From Candidatus Micrarchaeia archaeon (GTDB lineage: Archaea; Micrarchaeota; Micrarchaeia; CABMEP01): a stretch of DNA of 38,425 nt. Numbering within the stretch: position 1 is the first letter of the stretch; each line of letters opens with the position of its first letter. The DNA is taken from positions 1-38,425 of the forward strand of contig JAVZXS010000007.1 in assembly GCA_038886535.1 (NCBI GenBank), written 5' to 3'. Positions 17,416-27,758 of the stretch are shown one piece after another. Under the pieces are notes generated by a model that saw only the letters and a list, made by a program, of their open reading frames with translations, searched no databases and was not told the DNA's origin. Position numbers and translations under genes: made by a program.

Positions 17416-19092
17416 TTACCCACCTCCTGGATTATCATCATAATAAGAAGTTCCAGTTCTGGGTAACCCTGGAATATTATGATTTCCAAATATAATTTGT
17501 TTTGTATTTGTAAGTGGTGCTAAATTCTTTTTTACTCCTGATGAACATATCATATCTTGTCCAGCCATTCTAACTGCTTGCATATATAAAATTGCCTGAT
17601 TAAAATCATTCCTACACCTGCAGTCTTCTAAAAGTTGCTCTCCTTCTTTTAAAGGACATATAGTATAATTTCCATCAACATTTTCTTTGCAACTTTTGTA
17701 ATATACAAAATCTTTATTAACTCTACTTATATTAGTAGGAACAAAAAGTTTCTTTACACCAGGAACCTCTTCTTCCTCTTTCTCTGCTAAAACTTTTTTA
17801 GAGCCAGGATTTATCACTTTAACTTTACAAACATTTTCGCATTCAGGAACTTGTTCTCCTTCTCCTATCCAAATTTCTCTATTTGGATAAGTCATCCATC
17901 CTCCTGACTGCATTTTTAACATATCATCATAATAAATTTTTCCTTCTCCACGATTATATACAGTAGTTCTCTCTACTAATTTTAATCTCGGAGTTGGATC
18001 TTCAACATTACCTGTGGCAGGGCATATATATCTTATTTTTCTTTCTAGCCATGGAAAACACTGTGCTCCTCCACATACATATAAACATCCTCCTAAAGGA
18101 TTTAACCCTGTTTTAGACCCTGCTTTTATAACTTGAACACCATCCCATATTTCATCTGCAATAGAACAACTATTTGTATCTATAGAATGACAGTTGCTGT
18201 TTTCTATTACTGAACAACCTGAAACTTGTTTTTTTATTGTGCATTCTTTATAAACTGAATTTCCTGTAGTTGCATGACTTACTATCAAACTGTAAGGTGA
18301 ATTAGGGTCTAACATCTGACTTTCCGCCTCTGCAGAACCTGCCATCTCCAGTGCTATTCCTGACCTGGGGTCATAATACTGTCTTGGATTTGTTCCAGAA
18401 TTTCCCTGTTGCAACATACACTCGCTAGTCGCTTGTCCATAGTAAAACAAAACATTATTTTCCATTTTTACCTCAGATACTGCGTATGCGGTATCTCCAG
18501 ATTCCATGAATGCAGTCATTGTCATGCTACCAACTTTTTTTAGAACTCTTTTGTAATTTTCTTCTGTTAAAACAAAACCACAAAATGGAGCAACACATTC
18601 ACACTCATTTAATAAATTTCGGCTGATTGATTGATGATAAAACCTTCTTGAAAAAAATGTTACCTTAAAAGTTCTACAATCACTTAACGTCCCAGGCATG
18701 CAGTCAAAAAATCCATTCAAACATAATACTGGTGCAGAATATATATAACTTACACTATCAAGCGTTCCATCCAAGTTTGAATCATAATTTATGGTTACTT
18801 TTATTCCATTACTATGAAAATCAACTGAAACTCTGGCAAAATCTTTAGAACTTGGACACGATATTTGAGGAGTAAATTCAGTTTGATTATCAAAAGTCTT
18901 CATTGGCATTTGGCTTATTACAGGATTTATCAATCTTCCTTTAAGTTTTTCTGGACTATCCATTTGAGAATGAACCATCTTTGCTGATTCTTTACCTTTG
19001 TCTTTTGCCTGTTGTTTATCATTTGCTACAATTAAATCTGGAATTAATAACAACAGCAACATAAAAACAAAAAAAATACTATTTGTTCTCAT
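17416..19092 (-). CDS. Exported Cys-rich protein, probably the separately encoded N-terminal portion or partner of TraN
   Basis: Signal peptide, AKDKGKESAK N-terminal helix, many paired Cys, directly abuts traN. Likely start is ATG 19092. Confidence 0.65.
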   Translation of the reverse strand: MRTNSIFFVFMLLLLLIPDLIVANDKQQAKDKGKESAKMVHSQMDSPEKLKGRLINPVISQMPMKTFDNQTEFTPQISCPSSKDFARVSVDFHSNGIKVTINYDSNLDGTLDSVSYIYSAPVLCLNGFFDCMPGTLSDCRTFKVTFFSRRFYHQSISRNLLNECECVAPFCGFVLTEENYKRVLKKVGSMTMTAFMESGDTAYAVSEVKMENNVLFYYGQATSECMLQQGNSGTNPRQYYDPRSGIALEMAGSAEAESQMLDPNSPYSLIVSHATTGNSVYKECTIKKQVSGCSVIENSNCHSIDTNSCSIADEIWDGVQVIKAGSKTGLNPLGGCLYVCGGAQCFPWLERKIRYICPATGNVEDPTPRLKLVERTTVYNRGEGKIYYDDMLKMQSGGWMTYPNREIWIGEGEQVPECENVCKVKVINPGSKKVLAEKEEEEVPGVKKLFVPTNISRVNKDFVYYKSCKENVDGNYTICPLKEGEQLLEDCRCRNDFNQAILYMQAVRMAGQDMICSSGVKKNLAPLTNTKQIIFGNHNIPGLPRTGTSYYDDNPGGG

Positions 19093-21643
19093 TAAGCATT
19101 TTTTCAATTGCTGCCTCATAACTTAATCCCTGATTTACATAAGATTCTATTTGAGAAATTTCCTTTGGATTTGAAGTATATACATAATAAGAGTATCTAT
19201 CAACCATAAGTCTTACAACTCCGCAACCAAACGTATCCGAATGAACAAATAACTCCGAGTATTTCGGAGCATTATATTTAATTGTTTTTAATATCTCTAA
19301 TGTAAATTCATCATAGTTGATTATTTTTTTATGATTTGCCATATCAAAATCACCTGATTCAAGAAAAAATTTAAATTCACAGTTAGAATTAATTACATTA
19401 CCTACTCCACCAAATTTTTCAAAATCAAGAAGTGATTGAGTTATAATTCCAAAACTTCCACCATACTTTCTTGCTCTTCTATAACCTTCTTCTATAACAT
19501 TTTGCATCACCTTTGAATCCTGTAAAAACTGCCAAGCCTCATCAAGTATAACCATTCTTGGACGACTTCTATCGCTTAAATATAAATCCATTGTAACGAA
19601 ATTTAATACTTGCAAAATTACTACTTTATATAAATCTTTTTGTGGTTTAAGTTCTTCTAGTTCAAGAACAACAAAATCATCCTCTGCAATATTCAAATTA
19701 CCTTGTCCATTAAACCACCTTCCATACGCTCCACCTGTTGTAAATTTATATAAATTAAATGCAAGATGAGTAGCAATCAACTTAAAATCTTCCGCACATA
19801 CCTCTTTACCTTCACACAATGTTTCATACTCTTCTGAATATCTTGGAAACTCTGCAAGATAACCATAAACATGGTCAATGCTTCCCTCTTTACCAAAATG
19901 CTTATATGTATATTCAACTGCAGACTTAATTAAGTTGTATGCAGTTTCTGTTTTCTCAGGCTCAACTTCAGACTGAGATATTGCCATTTGTTGAACTACT
20001 GATGCTATAACAGGTAAATCATATTGAGGGTCTCTTATGCTAGAAAATGGGTTCAAACATATATTTGACTTTGACGTAAATTCAATAAACTTACCTTTAA
20101 ATATTTTTGCTAACTTTTTATAAGAACCTCCTATGTCTACTATTCTTATCTTTGCACCACGACCAAAATAATTACAAACCAGATAGTTAACTGTAAAAGA
20201 TTTCCCCTTACCACTCGGAGCTGCCACGTACCAGTTGTAGTTTGAAGCACCTTTTGCAAATATATCAAAACCTACAACCTGTCCTTTTCTTCCTTGAAAT
20301 ATTATTGCTGGACTTCCAGTACCAAGATAATCAACCTGAATTGGCATCATTGCTGCAATAGTAGAAGCAGGAACTATAAAAGTTCTATCAAGAATTTCCA
20401 GAGAATTTGCATCTGTATAAAAACCAAGAGGTAATGAATACAAAAACATTGGAACGAGTAAAATTGATTCTTCTTGCATTACAGCACCTGTTTGCTCCCA
20501 CAGTCTAATTGTTCTATAAAGCGATTCTCTGGTTTTTTGCTCATTCTCAGAAAATACCCAACAAGAAAACATAACCTCTAAAAACTGCTCACTTTCCATA
20601 GCATCAACTACCCATAAAAACTCCTGTTTTTTCCTCATTAAAGTTGGAACAAAAGAACCAAAACTCTGTTGAGACAAAATAACATTCGCCTTTCCATGAA
20701 TCTTATTTTTTAACTCTCTAAATATCACATTAAGCGTGTAAATAAAAGGAGTATTGATTTGAGATATATCCCCACTTACTCCAGTATATAATCCATTTAT
20801 TGCATTCGCCCAAAATATATCTATTTCTTGTGGTAGGCTCTTTGGTGTAGTACACCTAAAATATTTCCTAAAATATTTGTTACCTATTTTTAATACTTTG
20901 TTTTTAACATCTCTTTCTATTTCAGTATCTGCAAAAATAATTTGTTTATTAATTTCTGTATAAGGAGTATATTTGTCTATATCATAATCAATATCATTAA
21001 ATAATCTTCTTAAAAGAGCTATCAAATCCTTAACTTCCATCCTTTCAGGAAAAAGTCCTGCTCCTTTTAATATATCCTCTATTGAAGTTACAAGGTCTTT
21101 AAGAGGAATTTTATTTATTTCTTTTACAGGAATTTTTAAGGTAATAAATAGTCTAAATCTCCTTGAAGGAATTAATCCTTCATCTTTCAATTTTAAATAA
21201 TGTTTACTTAATTCAACATACGCTCTTTTAACAAATGCAGGGGCATATTGTTTTTCATTTATATACGCTTGTAAATATGGCTCGATATAGGGGTCAGCAA
21301 ATAAAATTACTTGTATTACGCTAAACTCAGGTAATTTTAATCTAAATATTCCTTCAAGTGTTTTTATTTCCTTAGTAGACATAAACAAAACAGGAATACA
21401 TTCCCAAACAAATCCTATAGTTTCATCTTGACAATAAAATAACTTATTTTCTAAATCAAATGCCCTATATGGTAAATACTTTGAAAATTGATTTCTAAAA
21501 ATCAAACTTTCTACATCACTTTTTGTAAAAACACTCTCTACATCATTTATTTCTATATGAGGTTCTCCATTACTACCATTTTTATTGTTACTATTTTTTC
21601 TTAAATTTCTAATTTCTTTAAAGAAATTTAATATACCTTTCAT
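19079..21643 (-). CDS. traC: TraC (VirB4-family ATPase)
   Basis: Walker A APSGKGKS, IVDIGGSY, Walker B ILDEAWQ, RRARKYGGSFGIITQS. Likely start is ATG 21643 after GGAGG. Confidence 0.96.
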   Translation of the reverse strand: MKGILNFFKEIRNLRKNSNNKNGSNGEPHIEINDVESVFTKSDVESLIFRNQFSKYLPYRAFDLENKLFYCQDETIGFVWECIPVLFMSTKEIKTLEGIFRLKLPEFSVIQVILFADPYIEPYLQAYINEKQYAPAFVKRAYVELSKHYLKLKDEGLIPSRRFRLFITLKIPVKEINKIPLKDLVTSIEDILKGAGLFPERMEVKDLIALLRRLFNDIDYDIDKYTPYTEINKQIIFADTEIERDVKNKVLKIGNKYFRKYFRCTTPKSLPQEIDIFWANAINGLYTGVSGDISQINTPFIYTLNVIFRELKNKIHGKANVILSQQSFGSFVPTLMRKKQEFLWVVDAMESEQFLEVMFSCWVFSENEQKTRESLYRTIRLWEQTGAVMQEESILLVPMFLYSLPLGFYTDANSLEILDRTFIVPASTIAAMMPIQVDYLGTGSPAIIFQGRKGQVVGFDIFAKGASNYNWYVAAPSGKGKSFTVNYLVCNYFGRGAKIRIVDIGGSYKKLAKIFKGKFIEFTSKSNICLNPFSSIRDPQYDLPVIASVVQQMAISQSEVEPEKTETAYNLIKSAVEYTYKHFGKEGSIDHVYGYLAEFPRYSEEYETLCEGKEVCAEDFKLIATHLAFNLYKFTTGGAYGRWFNGQGNLNIAEDDFVVLELEELKPQKDLYKVVILQVLNFVTMDLYLSDRSRPRMVILDEAWQFLQDSKVMQNVIEEGYRRARKYGGSFGIITQSLLDFEKFGGVGNVINSNCEFKFFLESGDFDMANHKKIINYDEFTLEILKTIKYNAPKYSELFVHSDTFGCGVVRLMVDRYSYYVYTSNPKEISQIESYVNQGLSYEAAIEKMLNENK

Positions 21644-22602
21644 TTTATCCCTCCTTTGCCTGGCTTTTGCGAGCCTTTTTTCCACAATGGCGATGGTTCA
21701 AGAGGGTCAAGTGAAGTGTTTTCCTGGAACTGATACAATCCCCACTTTGCCTCTGATGCACCCTCTATATTTCTAACTGCAAGTAAAATATTGGTTTCTA
21801 AATCCATCAAAGGCACAACCCCTGTTCCTACTGGTAACCAATTCCCACTCTCTCTATGAACAAGTATTAACGTTGGAACTACTTCTATAGCAAATACCGC
21901 TGGTGCTTGCTTATCTTTCGTTATGTCTACAATTTTTATATCCCATCCATAATAATTCTGAATCATTTTCACAATCTCTGCTTGAGTTTTACAATAAGGA
22001 CAAGTAGGAGATATAAACAGTATTAAACCATAATCTCCTTTTTTACTTGCTAAAACGCTTGATATTTCTCTTTTCATTTCCTCTTTTTTCGCAACAAGAC
22101 CTGGATACGCTACAGGAACATCTCTTGCAGTGCTCAATTCGGGATACTTTTGCCACACATACATACTTCTTGTAGTAAATAATAAAGCCTTTTTACGCAT
22201 TACATCTTGAATATTGTAAAAATTATAAATGTTTTCCTCTGAAGGATTTCCTACCGCAAGTTCAAGATAATAATTATAAATTTCTTTAAATTCATCAACT
22301 GGCATGTAAAGTAATTCTTCATATTTATAATCTTTCAAAGGTTTTATTTTCTTTTTAAAATCCTGCTTCTTTGTCTCTGGAACTTCTGTTATTTTTTCTT
22401 GCTTTTTTAATTTTTGTGGCTCCACTTTTTTTTCAGGATCTTCATACCACCACCAACCTCTCTGAGAACGACCTTTATAAAACTTTTCTCCTTCCTCTTC
22501 AGATGTTCCCTGTATTACCTGCTTAACAGGTTCAGTTTGTGCATAAAGATTAAAAACCATACTAAATGACAGGATAAACAACAGTAATAATATTTTTTTC
22601 AT
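21640..22602 (-). CDS. traF: TraF (thioredoxin-like pilus assembly protein)
   Basis: RGWWWYEDP N-terminal motif, CPYC, VVPTLILV. Confidence 0.92.
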   Translation of the reverse strand: MKKILLLLFILSFSMVFNLYAQTEPVKQVIQGTSEEEGEKFYKGRSQRGWWWYEDPEKKVEPQKLKKQEKITEVPETKKQDFKKKIKPLKDYKYEELLYMPVDEFKEIYNYYLELAVGNPSEENIYNFYNIQDVMRKKALLFTTRSMYVWQKYPELSTARDVPVAYPGLVAKKEEMKREISSVLASKKGDYGLILFISPTCPYCKTQAEIVKMIQNYYGWDIKIVDITKDKQAPAVFAIEVVPTLILVHRESGNWLPVGTGVVPLMDLETNILLAVRNIEGASEAKWGLYQFQENTSLDPLEPSPLWKKGSQKPGKGGIK

Positions 22603-23089
22603 CTATAAACCCCATATACTTTGAATCATAAGAATCTTTATGCTCTCCCACTACAAAATAATTTCCATAAGGAATTAAATATCTACATAATTTGTCTTTT
22701 TCTTCGCATGGCACAAAATTTGTAACATCATCCCCTTTCTTATCTTTATCTTTTGCTTTCCCTATATGTTTTATTTGACCATTGTGGATACAATAATAAT
22801 CTTTGTCTACTGTAACCAATAAATAATCACCACCCATACATGCTACTTTCTTAACTATGTTCCGACCTTTTGTATATTTATTGTTACTATCAGTTTTAAC
22901 CACAACATACCTGTCTATACCAGGCGTTTCTTTAACTTTCCAAAAAATAACAGACTTTACAGAATTTCCATAAGAAAAAACTAATTTTGAAGGTAAAATT
23001 AATCCAGGTAACGCTATTAATATAAAAATAAGAATATGTTTTTTATAATGTTTTAGTAAATTTTTAAATGTCATTCTCTCTAGCTTCAT
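22562..23089 (-). CDS. S26-family conjugal signal/pilin-processing peptidase (TrhF-like)
   Basis: IVKKVACMGGD and YFVVGEHKDSYDSKYMGFI motifs. Confidence 0.88.
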   Translation of the reverse strand: MKLERMTFKNLLKHYKKHILIFILIALPGLILPSKLVFSYGNSVKSVIFWKVKETPGIDRYVVVKTDSNNKYTKGRNIVKKVACMGGDYLLVTVDKDYYCIHNGQIKHIGKAKDKDKKGDDVTNFVPCEEKDKLCRYLIPYGNYFVVGEHKDSYDSKYMGFIDEKNIITVVYPVI

Positions 23090-23108
23090 TGTTTATTATC
23101 CCTTTAAA

Positions 23109-23522
23109 TTATTTACTTTCTTTATTACTCTTATCTTCTTTGTTTTCCTTTTCCATCTCTTTTTTAAATTCACTAAGAGGAGACTGAGGTATGTCTATCT
23201 TTATTGGGTAATCAATTTTTTCTACATGTTTTGTTAGCACTACATCCCCAAGTAACACAACCTTATTTTTAGAAAGAGTAGTTACTGCCTTTTCTGCCAT
23301 ATCTATGGATTGTTTTAACTGCTCATCATTAATCTTTCCATTAATATACATATCCCTTAATCCCCAAATATAACCCTTTAAATCAAAAGCAACTATCTTA
23401 ACCGCAAAATAATTGTGATAAATAAATAAACCTGCTACATTAATTAAGGCAGATAATAATACTGCTACAAATACATACTTAACTGCTCCTGATTTTTTAA
23501 CGTTTCTTTCTTCTTTTGCCAT
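23109..23522 (-). CDS. TrbI/HtdT-like F-type conjugation protein
   Basis: Single TM helix followed by KIVAFDLKGY; position before the peptidase gene. Confidence 0.6.
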   Translation of the reverse strand: MAKEERNVKKSGAVKYVFVAVLLSALINVAGLFIYHNYFAVKIVAFDLKGYIWGLRDMYINGKINDEQLKQSIDMAEKAVTTLSKNKVVLLGDVVLTKHVEKIDYPIKIDIPQSPLSEFKKEMEKENKEDKSNKESK

Positions 23523-23534
23523 ATTTTCCCTCTC

Positions 23535-24416
23535 TTATTTTTTCTTCTTTATATTTTTTTGTTGGTTTGTCTCTAACTTATTCAACTTATCTTCTACCTT
23601 TTCTGTTCCCTTTTTCTCTTCGTCATTTTTTGACTTTAAATACAAACCTAATGTAACAGTATCTGCTCCTCTTATGTATCTACCATCACCAGTTATTACC
23701 ATAGGAGTTCCCTCTAAACCCAACTTCAAAGCATACTTCATCATCTGCTCTAGCCTATTTTTACCACTTTCACACACTTTTGACTCAAAATCCTCTTCAT
23801 GCTCAAATAGTAATTTTTCTACCGACTTACTTACATCTTTAGCACATAAACTTTTAACTATCTTTATTGTTACTCCAGGATGAATATCTTCAAGAGGATA
23901 AAAGTAAACATAAGCAGTATAATTATTCTGCCCCTTTAAATAATTTTGTAACCTTTTGCAAAACGGACAGTCAGGATCTGTAAAAACAAAGATTTTTTTA
24001 CTGCCATCTCCTTTAACAATCTTTACAGCTGAATCAGTATTAATTTTACTTACATCTATCCTATCAAGGCTTCTAAGAACAGCATAAGTATTATAATTGT
24101 CTCCTATTACAGGACCAAAAATTACATAATTTCCTTCTTTAGTTACATAAAACACTCCTCTCTTTTCTACAATCTGTTCGCCTATTGGCGAATGTATTAC
24201 AATAACCTCATACAACCCACCTATATCAGTAACTTTTTCTATCTTTGGATTACCATACTGCGGTAAAGTTTTTACTATCCTATCCCTTACAGATAAAGGC
24301 ACATTTTGTAAAGGGTCATAAGCATACAAAACTGCAACTGAAATCAATACTAAAAATAGACTTAAACAAAATTCTTTACTTTTTCTTAAGACAAAATTTG
24401 TAATCAATTTTTTCAT
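23535..24416 (-). CDS. dsbC: DsbC-family disulfide isomerase
   Basis: GGLYEV dimerisation domain, FTDPDCPFC, GLEGTP. Confidence 0.9.
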   Translation of the reverse strand: MKKLITNFVLRKSKEFCLSLFLVLISVAVLYAYDPLQNVPLSVRDRIVKTLPQYGNPKIEKVTDIGGLYEVIVIHSPIGEQIVEKRGVFYVTKEGNYVIFGPVIGDNYNTYAVLRSLDRIDVSKINTDSAVKIVKGDGSKKIFVFTDPDCPFCKRLQNYLKGQNNYTAYVYFYPLEDIHPGVTIKIVKSLCAKDVSKSVEKLLFEHEEDFESKVCESGKNRLEQMMKYALKLGLEGTPMVITGDGRYIRGADTVTLGLYLKSKNDEEKKGTEKVEDKLNKLETNQQKNIKKKK

Positions 24417-24476
24417 GCCTCGTCTCCTTTTCTTTTTTTTTATTTCTCTATATATAAAGGATAAAAATGTAACAAA

Positions 24477-25448
24477 CTATTTCAATTCTTTTTTAATATT
24501 ACCTATGTCATCAAAATCTTCTATGATTTCTAAAAAAATATCTATATTTCTACTGCCAAATTTTTCCTTGTTTGCCACTAAATAACTTATTGCTATATCT
24601 TTATCCACTGCACTTCTATAAGGTCTGTTATTTACTAAAGCATCATAAACATCTACCAACGATACAATCTGAACTTCTGGTTTTATGTCGTCACCACTTA
24701 ATTTGTAAGGATAACCAGAACCATCAAGCCTTTCATGATGAAAAGCACAAATAGAAGAGGCTAACTCTTTAAAATCATTATCTAAAAATTTCATCTCTTT
24801 TATTAAATAACTACCCCATATAGTATGCATCTCCATAATACCTCTTTCAGTTTTGGTTAACTTTCCTTTTTTATTTAAAATAGAACTTGGTATAAAAATC
24901 TTTCCTATGTCATGCACTGACGCTGCCAACCCAATGTTCTTAACTAAATCACCAGACATGCCCATCATAATAGCCATCTTCTCCGACAGTACACGAACAT
25001 TATAAGTATGCTGCAACCCTTCTAAAGCAGAAACTATAGCAAGTATTCCATCTTCCATTAATAATTTATTGCTATTAATTTGTTGAATTGAGTAAAAATA
25101 TCCAAGAAAAATATTTAAGTCTGAAATATTCCAAAAAATCGGAACTTTATATAGATTTAAAGTTTTTGCAACTGAACAAACTCTGTTGTATTCATTAATA
25201 TTAAAAAAATCGCAGGAATAATAAATAACTAAATTGGCTCCTAATTTTATAAAGTTTTCAGCATATTTTAATAACCTGCTGTCTAGTTTTTTAGGATTAT
25301 ATATATAAAGGTCCTCTCCATTTAAATTCATTAAAGTTTCATTCAATAACCCATACTTAGGTTCAAAATTATAAAACATATATAAATCACTTAACTCTAT
25401 ATTCCTTAATGACTCTTCATCTTCAACTATTATCTTAAAAAAAGACAT
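24477..25448 (-). CDS. HD-GYP domain phosphodiesterase (cyclic dinucleotide)
   Basis: HTYNV, HDIGK, ILNKKGKLT, HHERLDGSGYP and DVYDAL..RPY motifs. Confidence 0.92.
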   Translation of the reverse strand: MSFFKIIVEDEESLRNIELSDLYMFYNFEPKYGLLNETLMNLNGEDLYIYNPKKLDSRLLKYAENFIKLGANLVIYYSCDFFNINEYNRVCSVAKTLNLYKVPIFWNISDLNIFLGYFYSIQQINSNKLLMEDGILAIVSALEGLQHTYNVRVLSEKMAIMMGMSGDLVKNIGLAASVHDIGKIFIPSSILNKKGKLTKTERGIMEMHTIWGSYLIKEMKFLDNDFKELASSICAFHHERLDGSGYPYKLSGDDIKPEVQIVSLVDVYDALVNNRPYRSAVDKDIAISYLVANKEKFGSRNIDIFLEIIEDFDDIGNIKKELK

Positions 25449-25535
25449 ACATATCCACCTGCCACCTTCTCATAAGAAATCTTCACAAACATAGTTTTCT
25501 ATAAAAAGGAATTATTAATGTATCATTGATAATCA

Positions 25536-25630
25536 AGGGCTTTGAGCACTACCTGAACTTTATCTCTCCTACCGAGTTTGCCACGATGAAACAGGTGGTT
25601 CACGAATTGTTATTCGCAAGTGGATATTAC
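25536..25630 (+). mobile_element. Degenerate IS200/IS605 right-end (TnpB reRNA-like) remnant
   Basis: 25581-25630 CCACGATGAAACAGGTGGTTCACGAATTGTTATTCGCAAGTGGATATTAC aligns with minus-strand 37961-37914 CTACGATGAAACAGGACGCTCACGAATTTATTCGTGAGAGGATGTCAC. Confidence 0.65.
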
Positions 25631-25645
25631 TTTGGATAGTTTTTA

Positions 25646-27112
25646 CTACATATTACAAAAAAAATTGTAAACCTTCCTTAAAATTATAAATACTGGAACC
25701 GCTATCATGAATAATAAGTTACTTAAATTATCCTTCCTACTTTCAACATTACCTGCTATTGAACAGCCTCCACCTGCACTGCTTGTTTTGCTTTCTAAAG
25801 GAGGCACAGCATCAGGTATTCCTATATTCCCATCATCTCCATAACCTGTTACTGATACATAATAAGATTTACCAAAAGATGTAAATACAAAAGTAGATGA
25901 ATAATACTTTTTTTCTTTAGGTGTAAATTTTACAAAAATCATTCTTGCCTCTCCAGGAGCAAGATTAAAATTAGTTAAATTTTCAGTTAACCTAAATTCG
26001 CTTGCATCCGATTGAGAAAAACTTACATTAATAGGAGTAGTCGTATTATTTATTAACCTTATAAATTTTTCAGATTCTGAATTTATTTTTACATAACCAA
26101 AATTTAACGAACTGGGAATGCTTTTTAAAAAATCCATAGAAGCACTGGTGTCTCCCTTTAAAGATATATCAATTCTGGGAGAATTTTTATCATTTGATAT
26201 TATCCCTAATGTTCCTCTATAAGAACCCGAAACTTGAGGAGAAAATACTACATTAACTGCAACTCTCTGCCCTGCTTTTAAATCAATATTATCTGGAGAA
26301 ACTAAAAAAGGCATCCCACTTGGAACAACAAAAGATACATTAATTGTGCCCGCTCCTTTATTCTCTACTAATAATGTCTCAGTTTTTGAAGTTCCTACTG
26401 AAACAACACCAAAATCAATATTCATTGAACTAATAGTTAAACCTGAAGTATAAGAAACCGACCCCTTTACTGGTATAAATGAATTTATTTCATCCGCCGA
26501 AACATATACCTCTCCTTGAAAAATTCCTTGAGTAGTTGGCACAAAAGAAACTAAAAAAGTAGCATATCCAGATGGCGGTATATTTAATATAGAAGTAGGC
26601 TGAACTAAAAATTCACCAGAAGAAGTAGTTATATTTACTCTTTTTATTTCTATATCACTTGTATTGGTAATTTTAACTGAAACTGACTTTCTCTGCCCTA
26701 CCACTAAATCACCAAAATCAATATTTGAAGGTGCAAGCGAAAAGGAAACTTGAGATATACTGTTACCAGTTACTTTTATAATCCCTGTTTCATTTCCAGC
26801 ATTTACTATTATGTCTGTCAAATACTGCTTTTTCTTAGTAGGAGATAAAGTTACCGCTATCGATACCGATTGACCATTTGCTATATTTTTTATCGTGGAT
26901 GGTTCAATAATGACATCAGGTTCTGTTGTAGATAAAGAAATATCAACTGTTGCTCCAGAATTATTAGTTATAACTACATTTAATGATTTGCTGGTATTTA
27001 CCGCTACATAACCAAAATTGAGAGTACCAGGATTTACATCTATCGCCTCAACTGAAACCGAAAAAGATAAAAATATTGTTACTAAAACTAAAAATTTTAA
27101 AAAAATAATCAT
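25646..27112 (-). CDS. Surface protein with four ASH/choice-of-anchor-D-type Ig-like repeats and a C-terminal GGGC-TM-basic sorting signal
   Basis: Signal peptide; four repeats beginning LNFGYV, IDFGDL, IDFGVV and LNFGYV; tail SSAGGGCSIA...LLFMIAVPVFIILRK. Confidence 0.8.
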   Translation of the reverse strand: MIIFLKFLVLVTIFLSFSVSVEAIDVNPGTLNFGYVAVNTSKSLNVVITNNSGATVDISLSTTEPDVIIEPSTIKNIANGQSVSIAVTLSPTKKKQYLTDIIVNAGNETGIIKVTGNSISQVSFSLAPSNIDFGDLVVGQRKSVSVKITNTSDIEIKRVNITTSSGEFLVQPTSILNIPPSGYATFLVSFVPTTQGIFQGEVYVSADEINSFIPVKGSVSYTSGLTISSMNIDFGVVSVGTSKTETLLVENKGAGTINVSFVVPSGMPFLVSPDNIDLKAGQRVAVNVVFSPQVSGSYRGTLGIISNDKNSPRIDISLKGDTSASMDFLKSIPSSLNFGYVKINSESEKFIRLINNTTTPINVSFSQSDASEFRLTENLTNFNLAPGEARMIFVKFTPKEKKYYSSTFVFTSFGKSYYVSVTGYGDDGNIGIPDAVPPLESKTSSAGGGCSIAGNVESRKDNLSNLLFMIAVPVFIILRKVYNFFCNM

Positions 27113-27123
27113 ATTCCCTCCTT

Positions 27124-27744
27124 TTACTTATTGTCTTGATTATAATTTTCAGGAAAATCTCCAACCATTAAAGTTAAATGACCTTCAACATCTGCTCTTT
27201 TACCAGAGTTAATCTCTACAGTTTTAAATGTAAAAGTTACATAATATCTATAAATAGACTCTGTGCATATTAACCTTTGCTGTAAAGCAATTTTTAAATT
27301 ATAAGGTATTACTTCCAAAGGAAAAGTTGCTGATTCTCCTGAATTAACTACAACGCTTAAATTATAATACTGAGTAGGTATAGTAGGACTTAAATTATCT
27401 ATTGGTGTATACTTTACTTCTACAGATTCAACCCTCACTGGAGAAAACTGAACTGTATTCGGTATGCCTTCTATAGGATTAACTCTTATTGTCACATTAA
27501 CATTATCCTGAACAACTATAAAAGCATCATTAACATAATCACAAATTTTCCCATCATTATTTCTATCCTGCCATACTGCTATATCCGAATAATATATAGT
27601 TTTATCAAATTCAGGCGGTAATATTCTTACTGTTTCAGTTACCCCACTGCCACCACCTGCTTTAATATCTTCACCAACACCACCACAAGAATAAACTATA
27701 AAAGAAAGTATTAGCAGAAAATTAAAAAAGAAAAATCTTTTCAT
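27124..27744 (-). CDS. Lipoprotein (beta-rich, unknown function; possible secretin partner)
   Basis: Lipobox VYSC followed by a Gly-rich linker; directly after the secretin gene. Confidence 0.7.
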   Translation of the reverse strand: MKRFFFFNFLLILSFIVYSCGGVGEDIKAGGGSGVTETVRILPPEFDKTIYYSDIAVWQDRNNDGKICDYVNDAFIVVQDNVNVTIRVNPIEGIPNTVQFSPVRVESVEVKYTPIDNLSPTIPTQYYNLSVVVNSGESATFPLEVIPYNLKIALQQRLICTESIYRYYVTFTFKTVEINSGKRADVEGHLTLMVGDFPENYNQDNK

Positions 27745-27758
27745 CTCTACTTACCCCC

